Below, in pieces: positions 8,437-18,700 of a stretch of DNA of 64,000 nucleotides. The first letter of the stretch is position 1, and the number at the start of each line of letters is the position of its first letter. Made by a program: the position numbers and the translations under genes. Origin of the DNA: an uncultured delta proteobacterium (GTDB taxonomy: Bacteria; Myxococcota_A; Polyangia; Fen-1088); the NCBI GenBank assembly GCA_963796685.1, contig CAWCMR010000005.1, positions 160,001 through 224,000 of the forward strand, given 5' to 3'. Under the pieces are notes generated by a model. The model had not been told where the DNA came from and searched no databases. It saw nothing but the letters and a program-made list of their open reading frames with translations.

Positions 8437-11361
8437 ATGAAACAGACGACACGTCCCCATACCACCCAGTTGCTGCGCGTTCCGGTCTCGACCTACCGGC
8501 TACAGCTCAACGCCGGGCTGACGTTCGCCCAGGCCGCCGACGTGTCCGCGTATTTGCACCGCCTGGGGATCACCGACCTCTATGTTTCACCCTCGTTCAA
8601 GGCAGCGCCCGGCAGCCCACACGGCTACGACATCTGCGATCACACCCAGCTCAATCCCGAGCTGGGGGGCGACGAGGGCTTCGCGACCCTCGCCGCGGCT
8701 CTGCACAAGCTCGACATGGGGTTGGTGCTCGATTTCGTCCCCAACCACATGGGCGCCGATCCGGCGGCCAACCCCTGGTGGCGCGACGTCTTGGAGAATG
8801 GTCCTTCTTCACCCTACGCGCGCTTCTTCGACATCGACTGGCGTCCGCTCAAGGCCGAGCTCTTCGACAAGGTCCTGCTGCCCGTGCTCGGAGACCAGTA
8901 TGGCCGGGTGCTCGAGCGGGGCGAATTGCGGGTGAAGTTCGACAACGGGGCCTTCACCCTGGCGTACTTCGAGCACTGCCTCCCGCTCAATCCCCGCCAA
9001 ATGGCCCCCATCTTGAGTCGCGATCTGGACACGCTCAAGGCCGAGATGCCGAACGAGGCCCCCGAGCTGCTCGAATTCCAGAGCATCCTCACGGCGCTGC
9101 ACAACCTGCCCTCCTACACCGAAACCGATCCTGCGCGCATCGAAGAGCGCCATCGGGAAAAGGAGATCGCCCGCGAGCGCCTGACGCGTTTGACCGCTGC
9201 CTGCGAAACCGTCAGGGCCTACATCGAACGCGTCGTGGATCGTCTGAACGGTGTCGCAGGTGAGCCCGCGACCTTCGACCTGCTTCACGGCCTTCTCGAG
9301 GCCCAGGCCTATCGATTGGCTTACTGGCGAACCGCGCAGCACGAGATCAATTACCGACGCTTCTTCGACATCAACGGTCTCATCGGCGTGCGCGTGGAAG
9401 ATCCCGTGGTGTTCCGTGAGGTACACCAAGGCGTCTTGCGCCTGGTGCGCGACGGCGCGGTCACCGGGTTGCGCCTCGACCACCTCGACGGTCTGCTCGA
9501 TCCCAAGACCTACCTGCAGCAACTGGACGAGGCGCTACGCGAGAGCCAGGGCAAGTCCCTCTACGTCGTGGCCGAGAAGATCCTGTCGGCGGGCGAAGTG
9601 CTTGCCGAGGACTTCCGCCTCGAGGGAACCTCGGGCTACGATTTTCTCAACGACGTCAATGGACTGTTCGTCGATGGCAAGGGTGCGCGGCCTCTCAAAC
9701 ATCTGCACGCGCGCTTCACCGGCCGTGCCACCTCCTTCGCCGACCTCGTGTATCACACCAAGGCACTCATCGCGGACAGCTCGCTCGCCAGCGAGCTTGC
9801 GGTGCTTGCCCACGCCCTCAATCGACTGTCCGAGAAGGATCGCCGATCGCGCGACTTCACCTTGGTCAGTTTGCACGCGTGCCTGCGCGAAATCGCCGCC
9901 TGCTTTCCCGTGTATCGCACCTATCTGGGGTTCAGTGGCACTTCCGGCGCCGAGACGGCCGTCATCGAGACGGCCATCGCGCAAGCCCGCAGACGCAATC
10001 CCGCCATGGAGAGCAGCGTGTTCGACTTCCTGCGAGGCATTCTGCTGTCGCGGGATCAGGACGCCCCGTCGCCGGAGCGGGCCGGCGAGCAACGCGCCTT
10101 TGCCCTCAAGTTGCAGCAATACACCGGTCCCTTGCAGGCCAAGGGCCTGGAGGACACCGCGTTCTACAGACACAACGTGCTCGTGTCCCTGAACGAGGTG
10201 GGCGGCGATCCCCAACGCTTCGGAGTGTCGGTGCGCGCCTTTCACGCAAGCAACCAGCACCGCAGACAGGATTGGCCATTCACCATGCTGGCCACCTCGA
10301 CCCACGACACCAAGCGCGGCGAGGATGCCCGCTGTCGTATCGATGTCTTGTCGGAGATCCCCGGCGACTGGGGACGCAAGGTGGCGACCTGGAGCCACAT
10401 CAATGCGTCCGCCCGGACCAACGTCGACGGCGAACCCGCGCCGGATCGAGGCGACGAGTATCTCTTCTACCAGGCCCTGCTCGGCGCATGGCCGGCGGAG
10501 CAAACCGCCCCCATCGTATCCACCGCGCTGCTCGATCGGATACAGTCCTTCATGCTGAAGGCCATCCGCGAGGCCAAGCTACACACGAGCTGGGTCAACC
10601 ACAACGAGGCCTACGAGAACGCCACCCGACGGTTCGTAGAGACCGTTCTCGACCGCAAAAGGGGGCGCGAATTTCTCGCCAGTTTCGTCCCGTTCAGCGC
10701 GCAGGCCGCGTTTTCCGGCATGCTCAACTCGCTCTCCCAACTCGTGCTCAAGCTGGCCTCGCCTGGCGTGCCGGACTTCTACCAGGGCTGCGAGACCTGG
10801 AATCTCAGCCTTGCCGATCCGGACAACCGGCGCCCCGTGGACTTCCAGGGACTCCGCAACAGCCTTGCGCGCATGGAGCCCCACCTGGGTGACCGAACCA
10901 CGACCCTCCGGCGACGGGCATTCGTCACGGGCCTCCTCGAAAATTGGCGGGACGGCCGCATCAAGCACTTCCTGACTGCCGCGGGTTTGCATCTGCGCAG
11001 AAGGTACAGCCCGGTCTTTCTCGAGGGTGAGTATCTTCCACTCGCCGCCGAAGGTGCGAAAGCGAATCATGTCGTGGCGCTGGCGCGACGGCTCGGTGAC
11101 GTCACCATCGTCGCCGCGGCTCCCCGTCTTTGCCACGATCTGAGCGACGCCCATGGCAGGTCGCCGCTGGGGGCCCGCGTGTGGCGGGACACGCGCGTGT
11201 GGCTACCCGGCGAGGGAGGCGGTGAACCGTTCCGTGATGCGTTCACCGGCGCCATGCTGACTCCGACGAGGGAGGCCCACCGCCACGGCCTGTACCTCGC
11301 GGACGTGCTGACGGTTCTTCCGGTGGCGCTGTTGGTTCGCCCGTGGACACCCTCGCCCTAG
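8437..11361 (+). CDS. treY: Malto-oligosyltrehalose synthase
   Basis: STYRLQ, GSPHGYD, DFVPNHM, INYRRFFDIN, GLRLDHLDGL, STHDTKRGED, PDNRRPVD; directly after treZ. Confidence 0.95.
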   Translation: MKQTTRPHTTQLLRVPVSTYRLQLNAGLTFAQAADVSAYLHRLGITDLYVSPSFKAAPGSPHGYDICDHTQLNPELGGDEGFATLAAALHKLDMGLVLDFVPNHMGADPAANPWWRDVLENGPSSPYARFFDIDWRPLKAELFDKVLLPVLGDQYGRVLERGELRVKFDNGAFTLAYFEHCLPLNPRQMAPILSRDLDTLKAEMPNEAPELLEFQSILTALHNLPSYTETDPARIEERHREKEIARERLTRLTAACETVRAYIERVVDRLNGVAGEPATFDLLHGLLEAQAYRLAYWRTAQHEINYRRFFDINGLIGVRVEDPVVFREVHQGVLRLVRDGAVTGLRLDHLDGLLDPKTYLQQLDEALRESQGKSLYVVAEKILSAGEVLAEDFRLEGTSGYDFLNDVNGLFVDGKGARPLKHLHARFTGRATSFADLVYHTKALIADSSLASELAVLAHALNRLSEKDRRSRDFTLVSLHACLREIAACFPVYRTYLGFSGTSGAETAVIETAIAQARRRNPAMESSVFDFLRGILLSRDQDAPSPERAGEQRAFALKLQQYTGPLQAKGLEDTAFYRHNVLVSLNEVGGDPQRFGVSVRAFHASNQHRRQDWPFTMLATSTHDTKRGEDARCRIDVLSEIPGDWGRKVATWSHINASARTNVDGEPAPDRGDEYLFYQALLGAWPAEQTAPIVSTALLDRIQSFMLKAIREAKLHTSWVNHNEAYENATRRFVETVLDRKRGREFLASFVPFSAQAAFSGMLNSLSQLVLKLASPGVPDFYQGCETWNLSLADPDNRRPVDFQGLRNSLARMEPHLGDRTTTLRRRAFVTGLLENWRDGRIKHFLTAAGLHLRRRYSPVFLEGEYLPLAAEGAKANHVVALARRLGDVTIVAAAPRLCHDLSDAHGRSPLGARVWRDTRVWLPGEGGGEPFRDAFTGAMLTPTREAHRHGLYLADVLTVLPVALLVRPWTPSP

Positions 11362-11371
11362 ACCGAAGCCG

Positions 11372-13069
11372 TCACTCGTCTTCGTCCTCGTCCGGCATCG
11401 ACTCCTGGCCGCTCTTTCCCCCGAACGCCAACTGCCCGGAGAGCGTGCTCTCGAAGACCGCGCCCCAAGACGGCAACCCGCTCAGGGCCCGCCCGTTCCA
11501 TGCGATGGCGAAATGACGTGAGAGATTCCACGTGATGCCGACGCTGGCGCCGAAGAGAACCACGCCGACCGGCCTGGTGTCGGTCTTCTCGATGCTCTTG
11601 TCCCAGTTCACGTCAGTCATGTCGGTATTGCTGTTGTAGCTCACGCTGGCCGACGGCTTGACCGGGAAGCGGATGAAACCACCCCCGAGATCACCCGAGT
11701 ACGAGAACCTCAGATTGCCATTGTCGGAGAGATCGAGGTACCCGATGGCACGCGCGAACAGCGCCGGCGCCAACGTGCTGGGGGCGCCTGAAGGCCCGCC
11801 GGTAAGCAGGGTCTGCGCGCCGGTGGCCGGATCCATATACGAGGCTTGCTCCTGCTTGATGAATTCGATCCTGCCCTGCAGCGCAAGCCCGAAGTTGTCG
11901 GACAACATGGTACCGATTTCGGGGGCCAAATGAAAAGAACCCGTGGTCGTCGTCACGGCACTGATCCGTACCCTGTTCTCCCATTCCAGACTCCCCGCCG
12001 GCACGTAACCCCAGCCCAACCCGGCCCCCATGCCCAGCCAGAACGAGCCTGCGCGCCGACGGTGCAGACCGGCCTCGTATTTCTCGGATCTTGCTTGCTC
12101 CCTGGCGCGTCTCAACGGATCCTCTTCGGTGCCACCTCCTCCGATGGAGCTGCGCTCGCGAACCGCGATGACGGACGGGCTGCTGAACTGGCCGATGCGG
12201 GCCACCTGCTTGTCCGAATCGTCGCGGGCGTCGAAGTACACGTGCAAGCTGCCTTCTTGCATCACCTCCCGCGGCAGAGTCACGATGTACCAGCCCGCTG
12301 GGGTTCGCCCCATGCTTTGCGCCTGGAACTGCTCGAAGCCCCGAGGCCGGTAGTGAATCTGCACCACGCTGGCCTCGAGCCCAGGCCTCAGCGCACAGCG
12401 AATGGTCAGCGCCCTGTCTGGCAATGCAACGGTTGGGAGCGTGCACATGAGCGGCGCCGACATGCTCGACGGCAGCGCCGGCTCGCCATCGCCGCTGCCC
12501 ACTGCAACCTGGGAGCTGTGGGTCGGCTCGGGCTCGCGTTCGACCTCCCCAGGGGCGGCCTGGGAGCTTCTGGCCGGTCCTCGAGTGGCCGGCTGGGGCG
12601 TGGCGGGCTCGACGGGCAATTGAGTCTCGACTTTGTTGGGCGCCGAGTCGAACACGGCTTTCAGGTCGGCGGTCTCGATCAACGGCGTGAGCTGAATATC
12701 GGGCCTGATCTGCTTCGACATGGAGAAATTCTGAATGGCCGCATCACGATCGTGGAAGCCGACCCACTCGACGGCGCCCAGGTGCAAATAGGTGCGGGCG
12801 GTCATGTTGTTGTTCTGCAGCCCCGCAGCCTCGGCAATATCCAGTGCCTCATTCAGCGATTCCTTGGCGTCTTCCCAGTTCTTGGCCTGGTAGAAGAACA
12901 ATGCCTGCTTGTTGAGCTCGACCATTTTCTCGCGTGACTTCTTCTGGTCGGAAGCCTCGGCGCTGCCAAGCGAAACCGCCACCACCGAGGCGCAAGTCAC
13001 CAGCACGCGTACAAAAGACCGAGCCACGGAATGTCTTGCGGCCGGCGACCTGACTCCTCGTCTGTTCAT
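11372..13069 (-). CDS. Exported TPR-containing protein of myxobacterial type
   Basis: Signal peptide, N-terminal TPR-like helices (ARTYLHLGAV), beta-rich C-terminus. Confidence 0.6.
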   Translation of the reverse strand: MNRRGVRSPAARHSVARSFVRVLVTCASVVAVSLGSAEASDQKKSREKMVELNKQALFFYQAKNWEDAKESLNEALDIAEAAGLQNNNMTARTYLHLGAVEWVGFHDRDAAIQNFSMSKQIRPDIQLTPLIETADLKAVFDSAPNKVETQLPVEPATPQPATRGPARSSQAAPGEVEREPEPTHSSQVAVGSGDGEPALPSSMSAPLMCTLPTVALPDRALTIRCALRPGLEASVVQIHYRPRGFEQFQAQSMGRTPAGWYIVTLPREVMQEGSLHVYFDARDDSDKQVARIGQFSSPSVIAVRERSSIGGGGTEEDPLRRAREQARSEKYEAGLHRRRAGSFWLGMGAGLGWGYVPAGSLEWENRVRISAVTTTTGSFHLAPEIGTMLSDNFGLALQGRIEFIKQEQASYMDPATGAQTLLTGGPSGAPSTLAPALFARAIGYLDLSDNGNLRFSYSGDLGGGFIRFPVKPSASVSYNSNTDMTDVNWDKSIEKTDTRPVGVVLFGASVGITWNLSRHFAIAWNGRALSGLPSWGAVFESTLSGQLAFGGKSGQESMPDEDEDE

Positions 13070-13265
13070 GGTGTCCACTCCTGGTTATCGTCGCCTGTTT
13101 TTCCGAAAGCAAGCATCATCCAAAGCTCGCCCCCTGACTTCCTGATTGGCTGGCTGCAATGCGTGTTCCGGCCAAGTAATTTGACCGTGCATGGCGTTGC
13201 GCCCAGATTCCCCGGCTCCCATTGCGTGGCATTTCGTCTCACGTGGCAAGGTGCCACGCTGTGGT

Positions 13266-15158
13266 TCAAGTGGCCCTGGCGACGTCGCGCGACGGAGCTG
13301 CCTGCGGGCATGCCCGCCAGCCGCTGGCTTCCAGCCGGGCGCGGGCCTCGGCTATCCGCTCCGTGGCCATGGCCACCCACACCTCGTCGCGAGAATGTGG
13401 TGTCCAGCGATCGTCCACGACGAATCGCCTGCGGGACCGGTCGACCAGGAGGGGCAAGAGGAGCGGTGAACCATTCGACTCCCCTCCGTCGCGAATATCG
13501 CGCATCGTCTTGTCTCTCTTGCGTTGCCGGAGCTGCCAACGCTCGACCGTCAGCAGCCCGCGCTCGCACAACCCTATCCAGCTGCGCAGATCCCAGGGCG
13601 CGCCGAAGAGCATGCGAGCGCCCGCCTCGCCCACGGCATCGGTGCTGAGCCCGGCCCGTCTGCAGTCCACGCCCACGTAGGCACGCCGAACGCGGAAGTC
13701 CTCTATTGCCTTGCGCGCGCAGACCAGATTGATGCCCTCGTTGCTGGTCACGGCGATGATGACCTTGGCGCCGTCGATGCCGGCCCGGCGCAAGGTGCGT
13801 TCTTCGACCGCGTTCCCCAACACGACTCGCAGTCCGGCTTCCTCGGCTGCGCGGCACATATCCGGATCGATATCAATCAGCGTGGCCTTGTTGCCGGCCT
13901 CGCCAAGCAAACGAGCAAGCAATCTTCCAAGAGCGTTCGCTCCCACGACCAAGGACGCGGGACGGGCGCTCTGGCGCACGCGCAACAGCCGGGCGACAAG
14001 TCCGGCGGGCAGTCCTTGGACGACCACGGTCGAGACGATGACCAGGAACACCATGGCGCGCAAGCCCGGTCCGCCAGGCATTCCGGCTTCGTCCAGGGTC
14101 TGGGCAAAGAGCGCCGCAATCGCCGCTGCCACGATCCCGCGCGGCGCCAGCCAGGCCAGGAACATCTTCTCGCGCCAGCCGAGTCCGGTGCCGCGCGAGC
14201 AAAGCCAGATCGAGAGGGGACGAACCACCAGCATCAGCGCCGCCACCACCGCCACACCGCCCCATCCCAAAGAGCGCAAATCGGACACCCTCAGGTTGGC
14301 CGAAAGCAGGATGAACAGCATGCCGATGAACATGGCGGTCAGCTGTTCCTTGAATTCGAGCAATTCGCGCAAGACCCGGGTGCGCACGTTCCCCACCAAC
14401 AAGCCCGCGACGATGGCGGCCACGAGCCCGCTCTCGGACATGAGCGCGTTGCTGACCTGAAACGTCGCCACTGCCATGGCAAGCGCGAAGACATTCCCCA
14501 AGCGCTCGGGAACGATGCGGTCGACGCGCAGAAGGAAGGCAATGACCGCGCCACCGACCAATCCCACGGCAAGGCCAACGCCCATGCGCAGGGGCAGGCC
14601 CGCGAGCCCCAGAGCGATGGAATGCCTGGTCGGATGGAGGACGACTTCGAGGGTGACGACAGCGACGATGGCCCCCACCGCATCGATGATCACGCCTTCC
14701 GCTTCGAGCACGGTTTGCAACACCGGGAGCACGTGAATCCGGCGCAGAAGCGGCGTGACCACGGTCGGCCCGGTCACCATCACCAGCGTGCCGAAGAGCA
14801 ACGACGTGGGAATATCCCAGCGCAGGAACAGCAAAGCGGCCGACGCCCCACCCACCGCGGTGATGAGGCCTCCCCAGGTCACGAGGCGACGGATGATCAC
14901 TTGCTCTCGTCGCACGCGAGAGAGCTTCAGATTCATTCCCCCCTCGAAGAGAATGACCGCGACCGCGAAGCCCACCAAGGTCAGCAGACCCGTGTCCAGC
15001 GAGGCCGGCCTGACCACGTCGGCGAATTCGGGTCCAAGGAGAAAGCCGGTTCCGAGCAAGAGCACGATGCCCGGGATACGCAAGTGGAAGGCCACCGCCT
15101 GGACGATGACGCCAGAGGCAAGGGCGATGGCTATGGTCAGAGCCGGCGTGTGCTGCAC
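13266..15158 (-). CDS. CPA1 cation/H+ antiporter with TrkA-N (RCK) domain
   Basis: TGPTVV, EGVIID, APRGIVAA motifs; C-terminal Rossmann VVGANALG. Confidence 0.88.
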   Translation of the reverse strand: MQHTPALTIAIALASGVIVQAVAFHLRIPGIVLLLGTGFLLGPEFADVVRPASLDTGLLTLVGFAVAVILFEGGMNLKLSRVRREQVIIRRLVTWGGLITAVGGASAALLFLRWDIPTSLLFGTLVMVTGPTVVTPLLRRIHVLPVLQTVLEAEGVIIDAVGAIVAVVTLEVVLHPTRHSIALGLAGLPLRMGVGLAVGLVGGAVIAFLLRVDRIVPERLGNVFALAMAVATFQVSNALMSESGLVAAIVAGLLVGNVRTRVLRELLEFKEQLTAMFIGMLFILLSANLRVSDLRSLGWGGVAVVAALMLVVRPLSIWLCSRGTGLGWREKMFLAWLAPRGIVAAAIAALFAQTLDEAGMPGGPGLRAMVFLVIVSTVVVQGLPAGLVARLLRVRQSARPASLVVGANALGRLLARLLGEAGNKATLIDIDPDMCRAAEEAGLRVVLGNAVEERTLRRAGIDGAKVIIAVTSNEGINLVCARKAIEDFRVRRAYVGVDCRRAGLSTDAVGEAGARMLFGAPWDLRSWIGLCERGLLTVERWQLRQRKRDKTMRDIRDGGESNGSPLLLPLLVDRSRRRFVVDDRWTPHSRDEVWVAMATERIAEARARLEASGWRACPQAAPSRDVARAT

Positions 15159-15323
15159 GGGGAATGTTTCACTTCTAGCCGATGTCGACGGTCGGAGCTT
15201 CTGTTCGAGGCTATATCAATTCCTGATCCCGCGCCAAGGCGCGAGATCAGGGGCTAGCCGTCGGTTAGCCGGCCGTGGTGCTTGGCCTTTGGTGCGACAA
15301 ATTCGTCACCCGTTGGGTGAAGA

Positions 15324-15560
15324 CGGTGGCCGTGGCCGTGGCCGTGAAACTTCTCCGCTGTGATGCCGAAACTCAGGACCTCGACTTCGATGCAACCGAT
15401 GCAACCGACGAGGATGGGTCAGCAACAACTTCACCCTGGATAGGGCTGCCCTCATAAGGCGGCACCAGCCGCCGGCCGCTGGCTGATTTCCAATGGCTCG
15501 AGCGTCCAAGATGTCCGGCCACGGCCATGGCCACGGCGACGTCTACGGCCACGACCACCT
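15324..15560. repeat. Intergenic element bounded by inverted (GTGGCC)n/(CACGGC)n hexamer runs
   Basis: GGTGGCCGTGGCCGTGGCCGTG at ~15325 and CCACGGCCATGGCCACGGCGACGTCTACGGCCACG at ~15518; similar hexamers at 29770, 34908 and 47870. Confidence 0.5.
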
Positions 15561-15772
15561 TTCGTCGACCTGCCAGGCGAGAGGCTTGGCCTTGGAATGG
15601 GACCTTTAGCCCGGCGCTCGCGAGGTCGCTGAGCTTGTCGCGGAATTACGGGTTTGCCGCCATGGTGGAAATGCGAGCCGTTTTCACCTACATTCTGAGC
15701 GTCGCACCGTAGTATCGCATCGCTTCCCAGCAGCACCGGCGAAAGCGCTGGCGAATGATCGAAGGAGATCCC

Positions 15773-18700
15773 ATGCACCCATTGCCTGAAATCCTGCTCG
15801 AACGCCTCAAGAATCGTCAGGCGGTTCTGGTGACGGGCTTTGGCTGCTCCTCGCTGGCCGGACTTCCCGCCTGGAGCACGCTTTGCGAGCGCTGGGCCGA
15901 TTGGATCCCCGACGAGGCGAACAAGCAGGCGGTGCTCGATCTGCTGCGCGCGGGCCAGCTGGATGCGGCCTCGGCGCTGTGCCGTGACCTGGTTCCCGAG
16001 GAGGCAACCCTCGAGGTCCTGCGCGACGCCTACCCCGTGGCCACGCCGGTGCCGCCGATCCTGCAGGCCATGGCCAGGGCCCCATGGCGCGGCATCATCA
16101 CCACCGCGCAGGACGCCCTGTGGACCTCCGCGCTGGCCGACGTCGCCGAGTCGGCGGGGCGCATGGTCTTCGCCGCCAATGCGTCCACTCTGGAAAAGGG
16201 GCGCGGACGATTCCTGATTCAGATTTTCGGGCGCTCGGACGTGCCGGCATCGCTGTGCCTGGCGCCTTTCGAAATCGCGACCAAGATCGTCGCCACGGGC
16301 GCGGCCAGCTACCTCGAAGGCCTACACAAGAAATGGTCCTTCGTGTTCGTGGGGTTCGGTCCCGGCGACCCCGACCTGGCCATGCTCGCCGGACGGCTCC
16401 TTGGCGCAAGCCCATCCACGCTGGAACATTTCTTCGTGGCGCCAGGGCTGTCGCCCCTCGACGCCTGCCGGGTCAAGGCGGGGCTCGGCCTCGTGCCGGT
16501 CTCCGTCGAAGGCAGCCTGGAGGATGCGTGCACGGCCCTGACCCAGGGCTGCGAGCTTGCCGGCGACAAGCCTGCCGTGGACGAGGTCGAGGCCTGGCTC
16601 GACCGGCTGACCGCCGATCCCGAGGACAGCGAGGCCCAGGACATGCTGGATCGCGGTCTCGCCAAGCTGTGCGAGAACAAGGAGTGGGAGCGCGTCGTGG
16701 GCGCCCTGGTCGGCCGGGTCGAGCTCGAACCCGACGTCAGCCAGCAAGCCGCCGATCTGTACGAGGCAGGCATGGTGCTGGACAAGGAGCTGTCCGCCGC
16801 CGATCGGGCCTATCCCGTGCTGATGATGGCGTTGCGCCTGACCCCGAAGAACACCAGCCTGCTCGCCGACACCAAGCGCGTGGCCGAAAAGGCCGGGCAA
16901 TCGGACGAGTTCTTGAAAGAGCTGCGCGAGCTCGAGCGCGAGTCTGCGGAAGCCGACGAATCGAAGCCCATGGCTCTCGGCGTGGGTCGCCTGCTGGCCG
17001 AGGATCCCGCCCAGCGCGACGAGGCCATCACGTCCTTCCAGAAGGTCCTGGATCGCGATCCGCGCAACCCGGAGGCCCTCGACACCTTGGACGCCCTGCT
17101 GCGCGCGGCCGAGCGCTGGGACGACCTGTGCAAGCTCTACGAAAAGGCCGTCGAGCACGATGCCGCGAACACCGTGGCGGTCGGCAAGTTGGTCGAGATG
17201 TACGAGCGCACCGGGCAGACGCCGCAGCTCGTCGAGCTCTTGCAGGCGCGTCTGGCGCGCGATCCCGACGACGACAGCGCCTACGGCAAGCTCGAAGCCC
17301 TGTACCAGCAAGGTCAGCGCTGGCAGCCGCTCGGCGCCCTGTACGAGCGCATGCTCGGCAAGACCCCGGACAACGCCGACGTCCAAAACAAGCTCGAAGC
17401 CCTGTACCAAAAGACCCAGCAGTGGCAGCCGCTCGGCGCCCTGTACGAACGCATGGTCGGCAAGAGCCCCGAAGATACGGACATCCTCGACAAGGTCGAG
17501 AGCCTCTACCGGCGCAGCGAGCAGTGGCGACCGCTGGCGGATCTGCTCGAACGCCGGGCGACCAAGAAGGATTCGGCCGACGCACGAGCGACCCGCCTCG
17601 AGCGCGCCTCGATCCTCATCGACAAGGTCAAGGACATGGAGGCCGCGCTGGCCGTGGCGCGCGCGTTCCTCCCCGCCGATCCCGCGGCCGCCGAGGAGAT
17701 CTTCGCCAAGTGCGTGGAGCGGGATCCCAGCAATCCGGCCGCACTCGCGGCCCTGGCCGATCTGGCACGCGACCGCGGCGACTACCTGCGCGCGGCCAAG
17801 TTCCTCCTCGACGCCGCCGAGCGCGTGCAGAATCCCATGGAGCTTGGTCGCCTCTACGCCGAGGCCGGCACCATCCACCTCGAGCACCTGGAGGACGAGG
17901 CCAAGGCCGTCGAACACTTCGAACGCGCGCTGGCCGCGGATCCGGAGCAAGAGATCGCCGCGCAACGATTGCTCGCCTTACGCGAGAAGCACGAGGATTG
18001 GCCCGGAGCCGAGCCTCTGCTCGACCTGCTCGTGCGCAAGACCGACGACGGCGACAAGACCGCCAAGTTGGACCTCTTCGCGCGCCAGGCCCACGTGGCG
18101 CGCAAGCTCGGCAAGCCCGACAAGGCGGCCGCGGCGCTCGCGGCGGCGACCAAGCTGGACAGCGAATCCCCTGCGCTGGCGCGCGAGCTCGGCGACTTGC
18201 ACGTCGAGCGCGAAGCCTGGGCCGAGGCGCGCGTGGAATTCGAGCGCGCCCGCACCCTGCTCGGGGACGAGGCGCCTCCCGCCGTGCGCGCCGCGCTTTG
18301 CGAGAAACTGGCCACGTGCGCCGTCCGGTCCGACGACCTCGAGGCCGCCCTGCGCTTTTTCGAGGAGGCGCTGGCCCTCGAGCCCGAAAAGCGCAGCGCC
18401 TTGGAGACGGTCATCGAGCTGCGCACCTCCCGCGGCGACTGGACAGAGCTCTTGGCCCTCAAACGCCGGCTGCTACCCCTGCTCGGCACCGATGACGACA
18501 CGGTGAAGATCCTGGAAGAGATCGGCGATATCCAGCAGGAGAGATTCGGCGACTGGACCGGCGCCATGGAGTCCTACCTCCAGGCGCTTGGGGTGCAGCC
18601 CGAACGGCGCTCGATCCTTTACAAGACGCTGGACTACTACACGCTGGAAAAGCAGTGGCCCCTGGCCATCGCGACGCTCGAGAAGCTGGCCAACCTGGAA